64,000 nucleotides of DNA. Origin: a virus. Taxonomy: Duplodnaviria > Caudoviricetes. Positions 36,253 through 43,865 of the stretch are shown one piece after another; positions within the stretch are counted from its first letter, which is position 1, and every line of letters begins with the position of its first letter. The notes beneath the pieces were generated by a model. That model was given only the letters and a program-made list of their open reading frames with translations. It was not told the DNA's origin and searched no databases. The DNA is taken from IMG/VR virus record IMGVR_UViG_3300036773_000110, positions 3,913 through 67,912 of that record; one strand, given 5' to 3'. A program made the position numbers and the translations under genes.

Positions 36253-36780
36253 TCACGCCGGGACCTCGGCTGCCAGGAGCGTGATGTTGCTGTCGTTCCG
36301 ACCGTCGAATCCCCATAGGCCTTCGGCGATGCCCGACATGGACGTGTCCACTCCGCGCCGCCCGAGGCGGTTCATCTCGTCGTGGATCTCATCCCACCGC
36401 CGCTGGGCCGCGACGAGTGCAGGCCACTCGCGACTCCACTGCACGGGACTTGATTCCGTCCAGTCGTGATAGACGGGCACGGGCTGCTGGCCTGGCACCG
36501 AGCGGAGCGAGATCCACTGAGGTGTCCACTCATACAGTTCGCGCACCGGGATTTTCGGGTCGGCGGTGCTGCGGACCACGCGGTGCACGATGTCCGGGTA
36601 GATCAGCGGGTGACGGGCACGATGCCCGTGCTCGCAATCCAGCCAGGCGACCTCTCCATCGAGGTCGGAGGGCTGGTCGATGATCATCGTCCAGCGGTCT
36701 CCGGAACCACAGTCCCCGCAGGTCAGGACGTGTCCCCGCCACCGCAGAGACCCTGTCGCCACGCTCGCCACAATGCCCAT
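36253..36780 (-). CDS. Hypothetical protein with Cys/His motifs
   Basis: LTCGDCG, LDCEHGH..RHP. Confidence 0.6.
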   Translation of the reverse strand: MGIVASVATGSLRWRGHVLTCGDCGSGDRWTMIIDQPSDLDGEVAWLDCEHGHRARHPLIYPDIVHRVVRSTADPKIPVRELYEWTPQWISLRSVPGQQPVPVYHDWTESSPVQWSREWPALVAAQRRWDEIHDEMNRLGRRGVDTSMSGIAEGLWGFDGRNDSNITLLAAEVPA

Positions 36781-36929
36781 GTCGTGACTGTAACCGGAAT
36801 GGGGTAGTTCCGTCCTTCGAATGGCGGTACTGGCTGGCTACGCCGTGACGGGTGGCCGGGCCGCTGACCAGCGGAAAGTCAGGGTCCCCCACCGGCGGGA
36901 GAGTCAACCTGAGTTGACAGTCTGAGAGG

Positions 36930-37232
36930 ATGTGCCCCATGAATTTCGACGCCTTTCTCCGCCACCTCGAAGTGGACGCCACGGTGCTGCCCACGGCTCC
37001 GGCCGGGGATGCCGGGCAGCTGATCGAGCATCGCCGAACCGACGAAGTACACACGTGCCTGATCTGCGGAAACCGGGCCGCCATGGCGTTTCTGGTCGAG
37101 ACCGCGCAGGACGACCGGCGTTGGCTTGACCTGTGCATGAACCACGCTCGGGACCTGTACCACGTGTCCGGCGCACGCATGGGCGACGAGGACAGCCCGC
37201 TGTTCCCCGATACCGACAGGCCACTGTCATGA
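36930..37232 (+). CDS. Hypothetical zinc-binding-like protein
   Basis: CLICG...DLCMNH; GAGAGG RBS. Confidence 0.55.
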   Translation: MCPMNFDAFLRHLEVDATVLPTAPAGDAGQLIEHRRTDEVHTCLICGNRAAMAFLVETAQDDRRWLDLCMNHARDLYHVSGARMGDEDSPLFPDTDRPLS

Positions 37233-37509
37233 CCTGGCTTCCGCCCGACGAAATGGCGTCAGATGAAGCCGTTTCCCGGAGACACGTTCCCTGACCTGGG
37301 GAAATTAGGGTGGCCTATGTTACGAGGCAACCCAGGAAGAGGGTCAGATGCTATGCAGACCGGTCAGCATTTTCGCTGGTAGGGGGCCTCCCCCCACCTG
37401 TTTCCGCAGGTCAGAGCGTGTGTCCTTTGTGTTCTGTGGTGTGTGGACGGAAAGATCGGTTGGGTTTTCACCGGGGATCTTTCTGTCGTGTGTGGAGGGC
37501 AACGGTTGA

Positions 37510-37788
37510 TCAGGGGTCTTGGTGATCATCGATGCGTGCCGCGATCTGGGCTTTGGTGCCGTAGGTCGGTAGGCCGAGGGCTTCGGCTTGGGCTTTGAGT
37601 CCGGCGAGGGTGGCCGTGTCCGGGCCCGGGGTGTCCTCGGGTGTGGTGGTGTCCGCTGGTGCGTCTCCGGCCGTCTCAGTGGGCCGTGCGTGGCCGCGTG
37701 CGATGAGCCACCGTGCCTCGGTCTCGGATAGCTCGCGCGTGGTGCCGTGCCCGTGCTGGCCGAGCCGGTGTGTGTAGGTGACGCGCAT
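37510..37788 (-). CDS. Small protein with C-terminal SAP-like DNA-binding motif
   Basis: TLAGLKAQAEALGLPTYGTKAQIAARI matches SAP consensus L..L+..L...GL...G.K..L..RL. Confidence 0.7.
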   Translation of the reverse strand: MRVTYTHRLGQHGHGTTRELSETEARWLIARGHARPTETAGDAPADTTTPEDTPGPDTATLAGLKAQAEALGLPTYGTKAQIAARIDDHQDP

Positions 37789-37791
37789 GGC

Positions 37792-38097
37792 CTATCCCTT
37801 CTGGTCGAGTGGGTGGGGTTCGGCCGGGCGTAGGCGCGCGTGCCGTAGGGCCGTGCGTGCGTCGACCCCTTCGCGTGCGCTCTTGCGCCGATGGCAGTAG
37901 GGCGCGACGTCTTGGTGGATGGGCGCGAGGTTGGCGAGGGAGTGATCATCACCGGGCCGGATGTGGTCGACCGCGTCCGCCCCGGGCCCGTGGCAGACGT
38001 GGCACGTCCGCCGGTGGGCGTGCATCACGTAGGGCACGATGCGGGCTGCCCAGTCGGCGGGGAGGCGTGCGTTACGGTCCGAGTGTTCCCAAGCCAT
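37792..38097 (-). CDS. HNH endonuclease, packaging-associated type
   Basis: CHVC, AVDHI, HSLANL, CHRRKSAREG. Confidence 0.85.
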   Translation of the reverse strand: MAWEHSDRNARLPADWAARIVPYVMHAHRRTCHVCHGPGADAVDHIRPGDDHSLANLAPIHQDVAPYCHRRKSAREGVDARTALRHARLRPAEPHPLDQKG

Positions 38098-38524
38098 GGC
38101 CGTTGACCTGCGGTTTCCTTGTTGATCAGTAAACGTTCGATAACGGCCGTGCGTGTTCTGCAACGCTCACGGGTCCAGGTTCGACATAGTCAGCGTTAGA
38201 CAACTTCACAGCAGGCCGAACGGCCACCGGGCAGGCAACCGACAAGCGCGCCGCCCCTACGGCCAGGACCCCCGCAGAAGACGTCTCACAGCACGCCTGA
38301 TCCTTGAGAACTAAATAGCGAGAGTGAAGCGGCCTACTCAGTGACCGCAGTGACCTAGCACTGATATCCGTCACCGAACGACGACGAGTCGACGTCACGC
38401 CTGATGGTTGCCGATAAGCGGTTTCCGGGGTCGAGGTTCTACCTCCCCCGCCGCGAGCACACGGGCGCCCGACACGAGTCGCGGAGTGCGCTAGGGACAA
38501 CGGGATTCACAACGTTTCACGGTG

Positions 38525-38572
38525 GGGCGCGACTTCTGCGCGCCCTCTCCGTGTCCGTTGTGGACAGGAGAG
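38525..38572 (+). repeat. Twin-hairpin element R1
   Basis: GGGCGCG/CGCGCCC then TGTCC-GTTGT-GGACA; stem extends CTCTCC/GGAGAG. Confidence 0.65.
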
Positions 38573-38582
38573 AGGGGTAGTC

Positions 38583-38681
38583 ATGATCGAGAGTGTCAGA
38601 GTGCGGCTCATTCTGTGGGCGCTCACCGTGACCCTGGTGTTCGCGGGGGCAGTGGCCGTTCAGTACTTGTTCACGCACTAG
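38583..38681 (+). CDS. 32-aa single-TM peptide (cassette 1)
   Basis: MIESVRVRLILWALTVTLVFAGAVAVQYLFTH behind R1 and RBS; not in ORF track. Confidence 0.55.
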   Translation: MIESVRVRLILWALTVTLVFAGAVAVQYLFTH

Positions 38682-38705
38682 AGGTTGGCAACGCGCAACG
38701 GTGCA

Positions 38706-38746
38706 GTACGGGCCTTGTCCGTACCGTGCCGTGTCCGTTGTGGACA
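38706..38746 (+). repeat. Twin-hairpin element R2
   Basis: GTACGG/CCGTAC, spacer CGTGCCG, TGTCC-GTTGT-GGACA. Confidence 0.7.
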
Positions 38747-38761
38747 GAGGAAAGGAATGCT

Positions 38762-39190
38762 ATGCAGCGCATCACCGGTAAGGTCATCCGACACGTCAGC
38801 AACGCGGACCGGCGGTACCACGTCCGGCATTACAACGAGTCCAGCGACACGTACACGCTGGAATCCTTGGACGGGAAGCACAAGGGGGCGGTATCGGCCG
38901 TTCACGTGCACCCTGTCTCATACGAGGTTTACGGGCCGGACGGCTGGACTCCCCTGGGGGACGCCAAACTCCCCGTGTGGACGCACGAAGAGCCCCACTG
39001 GTGGGGCCCGATTGAGTGCGACGGGCTCTTTCTCTTGTTCGACACGTCCGCGCACGTGAACGACGGCGTGCCGTCCGTAACCGTAGAAGAGGCAGTGGAG
39101 CACGTCACCGGGTGCGCGAAGTGCAACGAGCTGGACATGCGCATCACGGTCGACGGTGAGGGACTGGGGACGGTCGAGAACGTTTCCTAG
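38762..39190 (+). CDS. Hypothetical protein (cassette 2)
   Basis: GAGGAAAGG RBS; MQRITGKVIRHV... Confidence 0.7.
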   Translation: MQRITGKVIRHVSNADRRYHVRHYNESSDTYTLESLDGKHKGAVSAVHVHPVSYEVYGPDGWTPLGDAKLPVWTHEEPHWWGPIECDGLFLLFDTSAHVNDGVPSVTVEEAVEHVTGCAKCNELDMRITVDGEGLGTVENVS

Positions 39191-39202
39191 CCGCTTTGGT
39201 GA

Positions 39203-39241
39203 CGCGCGGGGACCCGCGCGTGCGCCATGGCCGCTAGGTCA
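39203..39241 (+). repeat. Twin-hairpin element R3
   Basis: CGCGCGG/CCGCGCG, TGCGCCA, TGGCC-GCTA-GGTCA. Confidence 0.75.
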
Positions 39242-39260
39242 GCAAAGGAAGGGAAACCCC

Positions 39261-39599
39261 ATGGAAATCTCAATGACTGCGCATCGTGTGGCGTCGCACG
39301 TGTTCGACTACTGCGCCACGCGCTTTGACGACGCGGTCAAGTACTCCGTGTGCTACGGCGGAACGCATCCGCTCAGCCCCGGCGAGAACGGTGTCACCAT
39401 CGGCGACGTAGCGCGGCATTACGGCTCACGCTTCTGGTGGGCCACGTCGGACACCGGCGACGCGGACACACTCCGGTGGTTCGGGCCGTTCACCTCGCGC
39501 AAGGAAGCCTCCGTGTTCCTGGTGGGCGCACGGATCGAACGGGACATGCCCGCACGGTCAACCATTCAGGGCGTAGTGCGCGAGCTTCGCTCCGCGTGA
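39261..39599 (+). CDS. Hypothetical protein (cassette 3)
   Basis: AAGGAAGGG RBS; MEISMTAHRV... Confidence 0.7.
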   Translation: MEISMTAHRVASHVFDYCATRFDDAVKYSVCYGGTHPLSPGENGVTIGDVARHYGSRFWWATSDTGDADTLRWFGPFTSRKEASVFLVGARIERDMPARSTIQGVVRELRSA

Positions 39600-39621
39600 G
39601 TAGGGCTAGCGCTTTCGGTGG

Positions 39622-39660
39622 CGCGCAAGAGATTGCGCGTGTGCCGTGACCGCTAGGTCA
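39622..39660 (+). repeat. Twin-hairpin element R4
   Basis: CGCGCAA/TTGCGCG, TGTGCCG, TGACC-GCTA-GGTCA. Confidence 0.8.
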
Positions 39661-39687
39661 ACGATCCCCTAGGGAACGAGGGACGCA

Positions 39688-40023
39688 ATGAGCCGATACA
39701 GGATCACCACGCACACCACTGCCTACGGCCCGTGGGGCGAAGAGATGGACGAGCCTCCGAAGCTGGGCACCGAGTCCGAAGATCACGAGTTCGACACGCT
39801 CCGCGAAGTCGCCGACTACCTGGAAAGCGAGGGACTTTCTCAGCCGTCGCAGGACCCCGGGCCGTACAACCTGCACACGTGGATGACCCTGCCGGACGGT
39901 TCGCGCCCGCACGGCAGTCACGGGAACTACACGGGCGAGACCGAAGAGATGAGCGCTCACCAGGCGGACGGGTTCACCGAACGCACGTGGAACGCGGTTC
40001 TCCGGGTCGTAGTGGGCAAGTAG
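39688..40023 (+). CDS. Hypothetical acidic protein (cassette 4)
   Basis: GAGGG RBS; 111 aa. Confidence 0.7.
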   Translation: MSRYRITTHTTAYGPWGEEMDEPPKLGTESEDHEFDTLREVADYLESEGLSQPSQDPGPYNLHTWMTLPDGSRPHGSHGNYTGETEEMSAHQADGFTERTWNAVLRVVVGK

Positions 40024-40042
40024 CCCGTGTTCCATCGGTGGT

Positions 40043-40084
40043 CACCGTCCCACGTGGACGGTGGTTGCCGTGACCACACGGTCA
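40043..40084 (+). repeat. Twin-hairpin element R5
   Basis: CACCGTCC-CACGT-GGACGGTG, TGACC-ACAC-GGTCA. Confidence 0.85.
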
Positions 40085-40105
40085 AGCAAGGGAAGAGAGG
40101 GCAAC

Positions 40106-40300
40106 ATGGTCGGCTACGTCAAGCGTCCGCGCGTCGGCGACAAGATCGGGAGTCTGTTCGGTGTTGTCGAGGTTCGGGAAGTTCGGGAATGTGGGCGCGT
40201 TCTCGCCGTGCGCACGAGGGTGCACGGTGAGCGCATCCGACTTGAAAGGGCCACGCGCGGAACCTACGTGCGCTACCACCCGGAAACTCCGATCGGGTAA
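40106..40300 (+). CDS. Small basic beta-rich protein (cassette 5)
   Basis: GAGAGG RBS; MVGYVKRPRVGDKIG... Confidence 0.65.
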   Translation: MVGYVKRPRVGDKIGSLFGVVEVREVRECGRVLAVRTRVHGERIRLERATRGTYVRYHPETPIG

Positions 40301-40321
40301 CCCGAGCGTGCGCCATCGGTG

Positions 40322-40366
40322 GGGAGCGTCCCGTGTGGACGTTCCCGCGCCGTGACCGCATGGTCA
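40322..40366 (+). repeat. Twin-hairpin element R6
   Basis: GGGAGCGTCC-CGTGT-GGACGTTCCC, TGACC-GCAT-GGTCA. Confidence 0.85.
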
Positions 40367-40383
40367 ACCGAAAGGAAGTAAGC

Positions 40384-40707
40384 ATGAGTGACAGCAAGCC
40401 GGAGAGGCGCCGTACCGGCCCGGCGCTCGACGCGCCGGAGGGCTACGAATACACCCCCGCATCGGCGGAGGTTCACCGGGCTCTAGCCGCCCGTTTCGAG
40501 CGCGCCGCGCCGTGCTCGATTCACCCGGGCAAGCCGGGCTACGTGCTGTACGACGTGGGCAACTGGTGGGACGGCGCATCGGAAGTCAAGGACAACGGCG
40601 ACGGGTCCTACTCCTACACCGACCCCTACAGCGGCCACGCGGACCGGTTCGACGCGGATGGGTACTGGACTGCGGACGGCGAGTACAAGCGGCGGTCGAG
40701 CTACTGA
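40384..40707 (+). CDS. Hypothetical protein (cassette 6)
   Basis: AAAGGAAG RBS; Tyr/Asp/Gly-rich C-terminus. Confidence 0.7.
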   Translation: MSDSKPERRRTGPALDAPEGYEYTPASAEVHRALAARFERAAPCSIHPGKPGYVLYDVGNWWDGASEVKDNGDGSYSYTDPYSGHADRFDADGYWTADGEYKRRSSY

Positions 40708-40728
40708 GCGCCCGTGTGCCATCGGTCG

Positions 40729-40772
40729 CGTCCGTCCACCGTGTACGGACGTCGGCCGTCACCACATGGTGA
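40729..40772 (+). repeat. Twin-hairpin element R7
   Basis: CGTCCGT/ACGGACG, TCACC-ACAT-GGTGA (compensatory change). Confidence 0.85.
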
Positions 40773-40792
40773 ACCCGAGAGGAGAGGCAGTC

Positions 40793-41059
40793 ATGCCCAA
40801 GGAGATCAGCGAGAAACTCGCCCGCGAAACCATGGCTCTGGTGGTCCAACGGTTCCGGGGTGAGGTAGCCGACGTCGACACCTATGGCCCGACGCTCCAG
40901 GAGCCCGGCGAACAGTGCCCCGGGTGGGCGATTGTGTGGGAGGACGGGGCTCCGGAGGACTGGGCGGTGCGCGCGTTCGCCGACGGCAAGACCAACGCAC
41001 CGGCGGGAGTGTTCGCGGAACCGGCGAATCACTTGTGTATCGGCCTGTACCCCGCGTGA
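40793..41059 (+). CDS. Hypothetical protein (cassette 7)
   Basis: AGGAGAGG RBS; GWAIVWEDG.PEDW. Confidence 0.7.
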   Translation: MPKEISEKLARETMALVVQRFRGEVADVDTYGPTLQEPGEQCPGWAIVWEDGAPEDWAVRAFADGKTNAPAGVFAEPANHLCIGLYPA

Positions 41060-41067
41060 TCAGCGGT

Positions 41068-41112
41068 CGTTACCGTCCCGCGTGGACGGTGGCGTCCGTG
41101 ACCGCACGGTCA
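41068..41112 (+). repeat. Twin-hairpin element R8
   Basis: CGTTACCGTCC-CGCGT-GGACGGTGGCG, TGACC-GCAC-GGTCA. Confidence 0.85.
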
Positions 41113-41134
41113 AATGAAACGAAGGGAGCAGGGC

Positions 41135-41365
41135 ATGGCTATGACGCTGGACAAGCTGACCACCGTGAAGAGCGGCCGAGCGTACCGCGCGGTGATCAGC
41201 GGGACCGTCCACTTTTTCGAGGTGGACCAGGACAACACGGGTGTGTTCGTCCGCACGCTTGCGAGAACGCTGGGCGGCTACCGACTGGACAGGTTCGGTG
41301 ACGGACTCTCGCCGACCACGCTCCGCGCGTTCCTGCTGGACTCGTGGCGGGTGTCCGTTGCCTAG
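41135..41365 (+). CDS. Hypothetical protein (cassette 8a)
   Basis: AAGGGAG RBS; MAMTLDKLTTVKSG... Confidence 0.65.
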   Translation: MAMTLDKLTTVKSGRAYRAVISGTVHFFEVDQDNTGVFVRTLARTLGGYRLDRFGDGLSPTTLRAFLLDSWRVSVA

Positions 41366-41618
41366 CCCGGAGACGGTGACCGTGTGGGCGGACGGCTACG
41401 GCCGGTTCGGCGCACGGGTTACGTTCCCGGCCGCGTACGGACCGGCTGAGTTGGCCGCTGCGCGTCGCCGGGTGCGCCGGAAGGCCAGGCGTCGCATCCG
41501 GCAGGCGCTCGCGCTCAGGGGTGCGTGCGGCCCCGGGTGGCGGTGCCGAGTGGTCCCGCTCGACACGGCGACCGATGAGCACGGCGGCACGCTCTCTGTG
41601 GCCTACCGGGAGCGGTGA
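41358..41618 (+). CDS. Arg-rich hypothetical protein (cassette 8b)
   Basis: TTG start overlapping upstream stop; no repeat in front. Confidence 0.5.
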   Translation: MPSPETVTVWADGYGRFGARVTFPAAYGPAELAAARRRVRRKARRRIRQALALRGACGPGWRCRVVPLDTATDEHGGTLSVAYRER

Positions 41619-41621
41619 GGC

Positions 41622-41810
41622 ATGGCGGAGCGTGACGAACGACTAGACCGGCTCGCCATCGGATCGAACTGTCACCGATGCGGCGCGGGTGCGGACGACC
41701 AGTGCCGTACGCCTAGCGGCAAGGTCACCAAACCGCACCGTAGGCGGATTGACCGTGCGGTTAGTCAGTACCTCGCACGGCGCCGACAGCAGACCGACGC
41801 GGACAACTAG
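41622..41810 (+). CDS. Small phage zinc-finger protein (cassette 8c)
   Basis: CHRCGAGADDQC...PHRRR; GTGAGG RBS. Confidence 0.7.
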   Translation: MAERDERLDRLAIGSNCHRCGAGADDQCRTPSGKVTKPHRRRIDRAVSQYLARRRQQTDADN

Positions 41811-41827
41811 CCCGTGAGCCATCCGTG

Positions 41828-41872
41828 GGGAACGTCCACTCCGGACGTTCCCGCGCGGTGACCACACGGTCA
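41828..41872 (+). repeat. Twin-hairpin element R9
   Basis: GGGAACGTCC-ACTCC-GGACGTTCCC, TGACC-ACAC-GGTCA. Confidence 0.85.
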
Positions 41873-41893
41873 AACGAGAGAGGCGGGCAGGAA

Positions 41894-42271
41894 ATGGGAA
41901 AGATCACCCCGACGGACACGCACGACACGTTCATGGGCTCCGGCGCGCTCAGCTACGCGTGGTGGCTCATCACGGAAACCACGGGCAGCGACCTTGACCC
42001 CGCCGACGACTGGACCGTCACGGTGCGGGAGTACGACCCCGACCACGACAAGGAAGGCGACAAGCTGACCACGTTCGACCACAAGGCGCTGACCGAGGCC
42101 GTCAACACCCTGGCACGTACGGCGGAGGACAAGAAACCCAAAGGAATGCATCCCGCCGTCCTCCGCGAGTGCCGCACGTTCATCGCGGACCCGGAAGACG
42201 CCGACTTCGACGCCGATGCGGCCGACCAGGTCATGCAGTATGTGGCGTTCGGAGAGGTGGTCTACGGCTGA
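41894..42271 (+). CDS. Hypothetical acidic protein (cassette 9)
   Basis: Ends DFDADAADQVMQYVAFGEVVYG. Confidence 0.7.
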   Translation: MGKITPTDTHDTFMGSGALSYAWWLITETTGSDLDPADDWTVTVREYDPDHDKEGDKLTTFDHKALTEAVNTLARTAEDKKPKGMHPAVLRECRTFIADPEDADFDADAADQVMQYVAFGEVVYG

Positions 42272-42295
42272 CACGCCCGCACGTGACATCGGCGA

Positions 42296-42341
42296 GGCAC
42301 GGTCCACAGTGGAACGTGCCGACGCCGTGACCGTACGGTCA
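42296..42341 (+). repeat. Twin-hairpin element R10
   Basis: GGCACGgTCC-ACAGT-GGAaCGTGCC, TGACC-GTAC-GGTCA. Confidence 0.85.
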
Positions 42342-42362
42342 AATGAAACGAAGGGAACGAAC

Positions 42363-42698
42363 ATGACTGACGACTTCTGGGCCACGATTCGCGCGCAGCT
42401 CAAAGAGCTGGAGACCGCCAAGAACGCCGACGACGTGGCCCGCATTCTGGCGCACGAACGGAACCCGTACGGCCCGGAATGGGACGGCGCGGCGGGCGGC
42501 ACGGTCGGATTCTTCGCCGGTAGCGGCGGAGACAACACGGTGGCGAACGCCCTGGAAACGGCAGGGTGGGACTACGTGTGGGCGGCGGCGTCCTATCACT
42601 ACTGCATGAAAGCCTCGGACGGATCGATGATCACCTACGTGGAGGGTGACATCTACGCCGGGAACCCCGCCAACCAGCGGCCCAGCACGTCCGTGTGA
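42363..42698 (+). CDS. Hypothetical protein (cassette 10)
   Basis: AAGGGA RBS; GWDYVW...YHYCM...ITYVEGDIY. Confidence 0.7.
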   Translation: MTDDFWATIRAQLKELETAKNADDVARILAHERNPYGPEWDGAAGGTVGFFAGSGGDNTVANALETAGWDYVWAAASYHYCMKASDGSMITYVEGDIYAGNPANQRPSTSV

Positions 42699-42705
42699 CC
42701 GCTTT

Positions 42706-42778
42706 CGCGCCTGTCCGCTGTTCGGTCATGACAGAACACCGAACACTGTGGACGGTCGCGGGCGTGGCCGCACGGCCA
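42706..42778 (+). repeat. Twin-hairpin element R11 (expanded first hairpin)
   Basis: CGCG.CTGTCC/GGACGG.CGCG enclosing TGTTCGGT/ACCGAACA; TGGCC-GCAC-GGCCA. Confidence 0.75.
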
Positions 42779-42802
42779 ACTCAGGACGATGAAAGGTCGC
42801 TC

Positions 42803-43033
42803 ATGAAGACCATCCCCAGGAATCACACGCGCAAGGTTGCCGATGTCAAGGAGCGCACGACGCGCTGTGTGGTGTTCAGTCTCGCGAACGACTTCGCACC
42901 CAAGGAGTGCGCGCCCTCGATCGCGTGGGAGCAGCTCGAAAAGTACAGCTTTGCAAGACTTGTCGAACATGACGACAAATGGAGCGTGAACATCCACGGG
43001 AACCTTTGGTACGAGCTGAGGACCGCGTCATAA
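42803..43033 (+). CDS. Hypothetical protein (cassette 11)
   Basis: GAAAGG RBS; VNIHGNLWYEL. Confidence 0.65.
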   Translation: MKTIPRNHTRKVADVKERTTRCVVFSLANDFAPKECAPSIAWEQLEKYSFARLVEHDDKWSVNIHGNLWYELRTAS

Positions 43034-43052
43034 AGTCCGTGCTGACATGGTG

Positions 43053-43097
43053 GCGGCCGTCCCTTGTGGACGGCTGTACGCCACGGCTGCACGGCCG
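43053..43097 (+). repeat. Twin-hairpin element R12
   Basis: GCGGCCGTCC-CTTGT-GGACGGCTGT, CGGCT-GCAC-GGCCG. Confidence 0.8.
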
Positions 43098-43122
43098 GAA
43101 CCCCAAGTGAGAGGAACTGAAC

Positions 43123-43782
43123 ATGAGAAGCACGTGGAATGACCGCGTTGTCGACACGGCCGAGGTCACCGTCTGGGCACGCGACGTATTCGCCAACCCG
43201 GAGTGCGCCGACGACTGGGTGAGGAACACGCTGGTGGCCGGAGTGGTCCTCCGGTCGACCTGGCCAGAGTTCGCCACGCTGGCGCCGTGGGCTGAGAACG
43301 TGATCCGGCGAAGCGACCTCGCGGGCGATCGGGCGTACAACCTGCTGGCCGCGCAGCTGGTGATCACCGAGGGCGTGCTGTTCTCACCGGGCAGACCGCA
43401 GTTCGAGGCGCGCGGTCCGAGTGAACCGGAGAAGGCCGGGGACATCGGCGGGGACTACCAGACCGGGGAGGCGTACTCCAGGCGCTTCGCGGCGAGACTG
43501 GACGCCGAGCACTGGGCCGTCGTCACGGTCCAGTACTACATCGGCCTGGCCAGCTACTCCGACGAGACGCCGACGCTGTGGCGCCAGGACGAGTACATCC
43601 TGTGCACCGACCCCGACCACCCCTGTGACAGCGAGGTTCGGTCGGACCAACGGGACTACGAGGTGCCGGATGTCATGCCGTGCGAGGATGACGCGTTCGA
43701 CAACTGCGCCGACTTCCCGCCCGACGCTGTCCTGTGGCTCGACAGTGTTTCAGACGGACTGATCAAACACGAGGCCGTATGA
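43123..43782 (+). CDS. Hypothetical acidic protein (cassette 12)
   Basis: GAGAGGA RBS; 219 aa. Confidence 0.7.
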   Translation: MRSTWNDRVVDTAEVTVWARDVFANPECADDWVRNTLVAGVVLRSTWPEFATLAPWAENVIRRSDLAGDRAYNLLAAQLVITEGVLFSPGRPQFEARGPSEPEKAGDIGGDYQTGEAYSRRFAARLDAEHWAVVTVQYYIGLASYSDETPTLWRQDEYILCTDPDHPCDSEVRSDQRDYEVPDVMPCEDDAFDNCADFPPDAVLWLDSVSDGLIKHEAV

Positions 43783-43800
43783 ACCGCGCTGCGCATGGTG

Positions 43801-43845
43801 GCGGCCGTCCACTTGGGACGGCCGTGCGCCACGGCCGCACGGCCG
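43801..43845 (+). repeat. Twin-hairpin element R13
   Basis: GCGGCCGTCC-ACTTG-GGACGGCCGT, CGGCC-GCAC-GGCCG. Confidence 0.8.
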
Positions 43846-43865
43846 AGGAAGGAAGGAGGTGGGAC

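Noticed and set aside
38521-43860. Repeats as a CRISPR array
   Set aside because: Repeats are degenerate, separated by whole genes of variable length, and no cas genes are present
38521-43860. Repeats as canonical integron attC sites
   Set aside because: No RYYYAAC...GTTRRRY ends, and the integrase looks like an ordinary phage integrase; only a functional analogy is kept as a hypothesis
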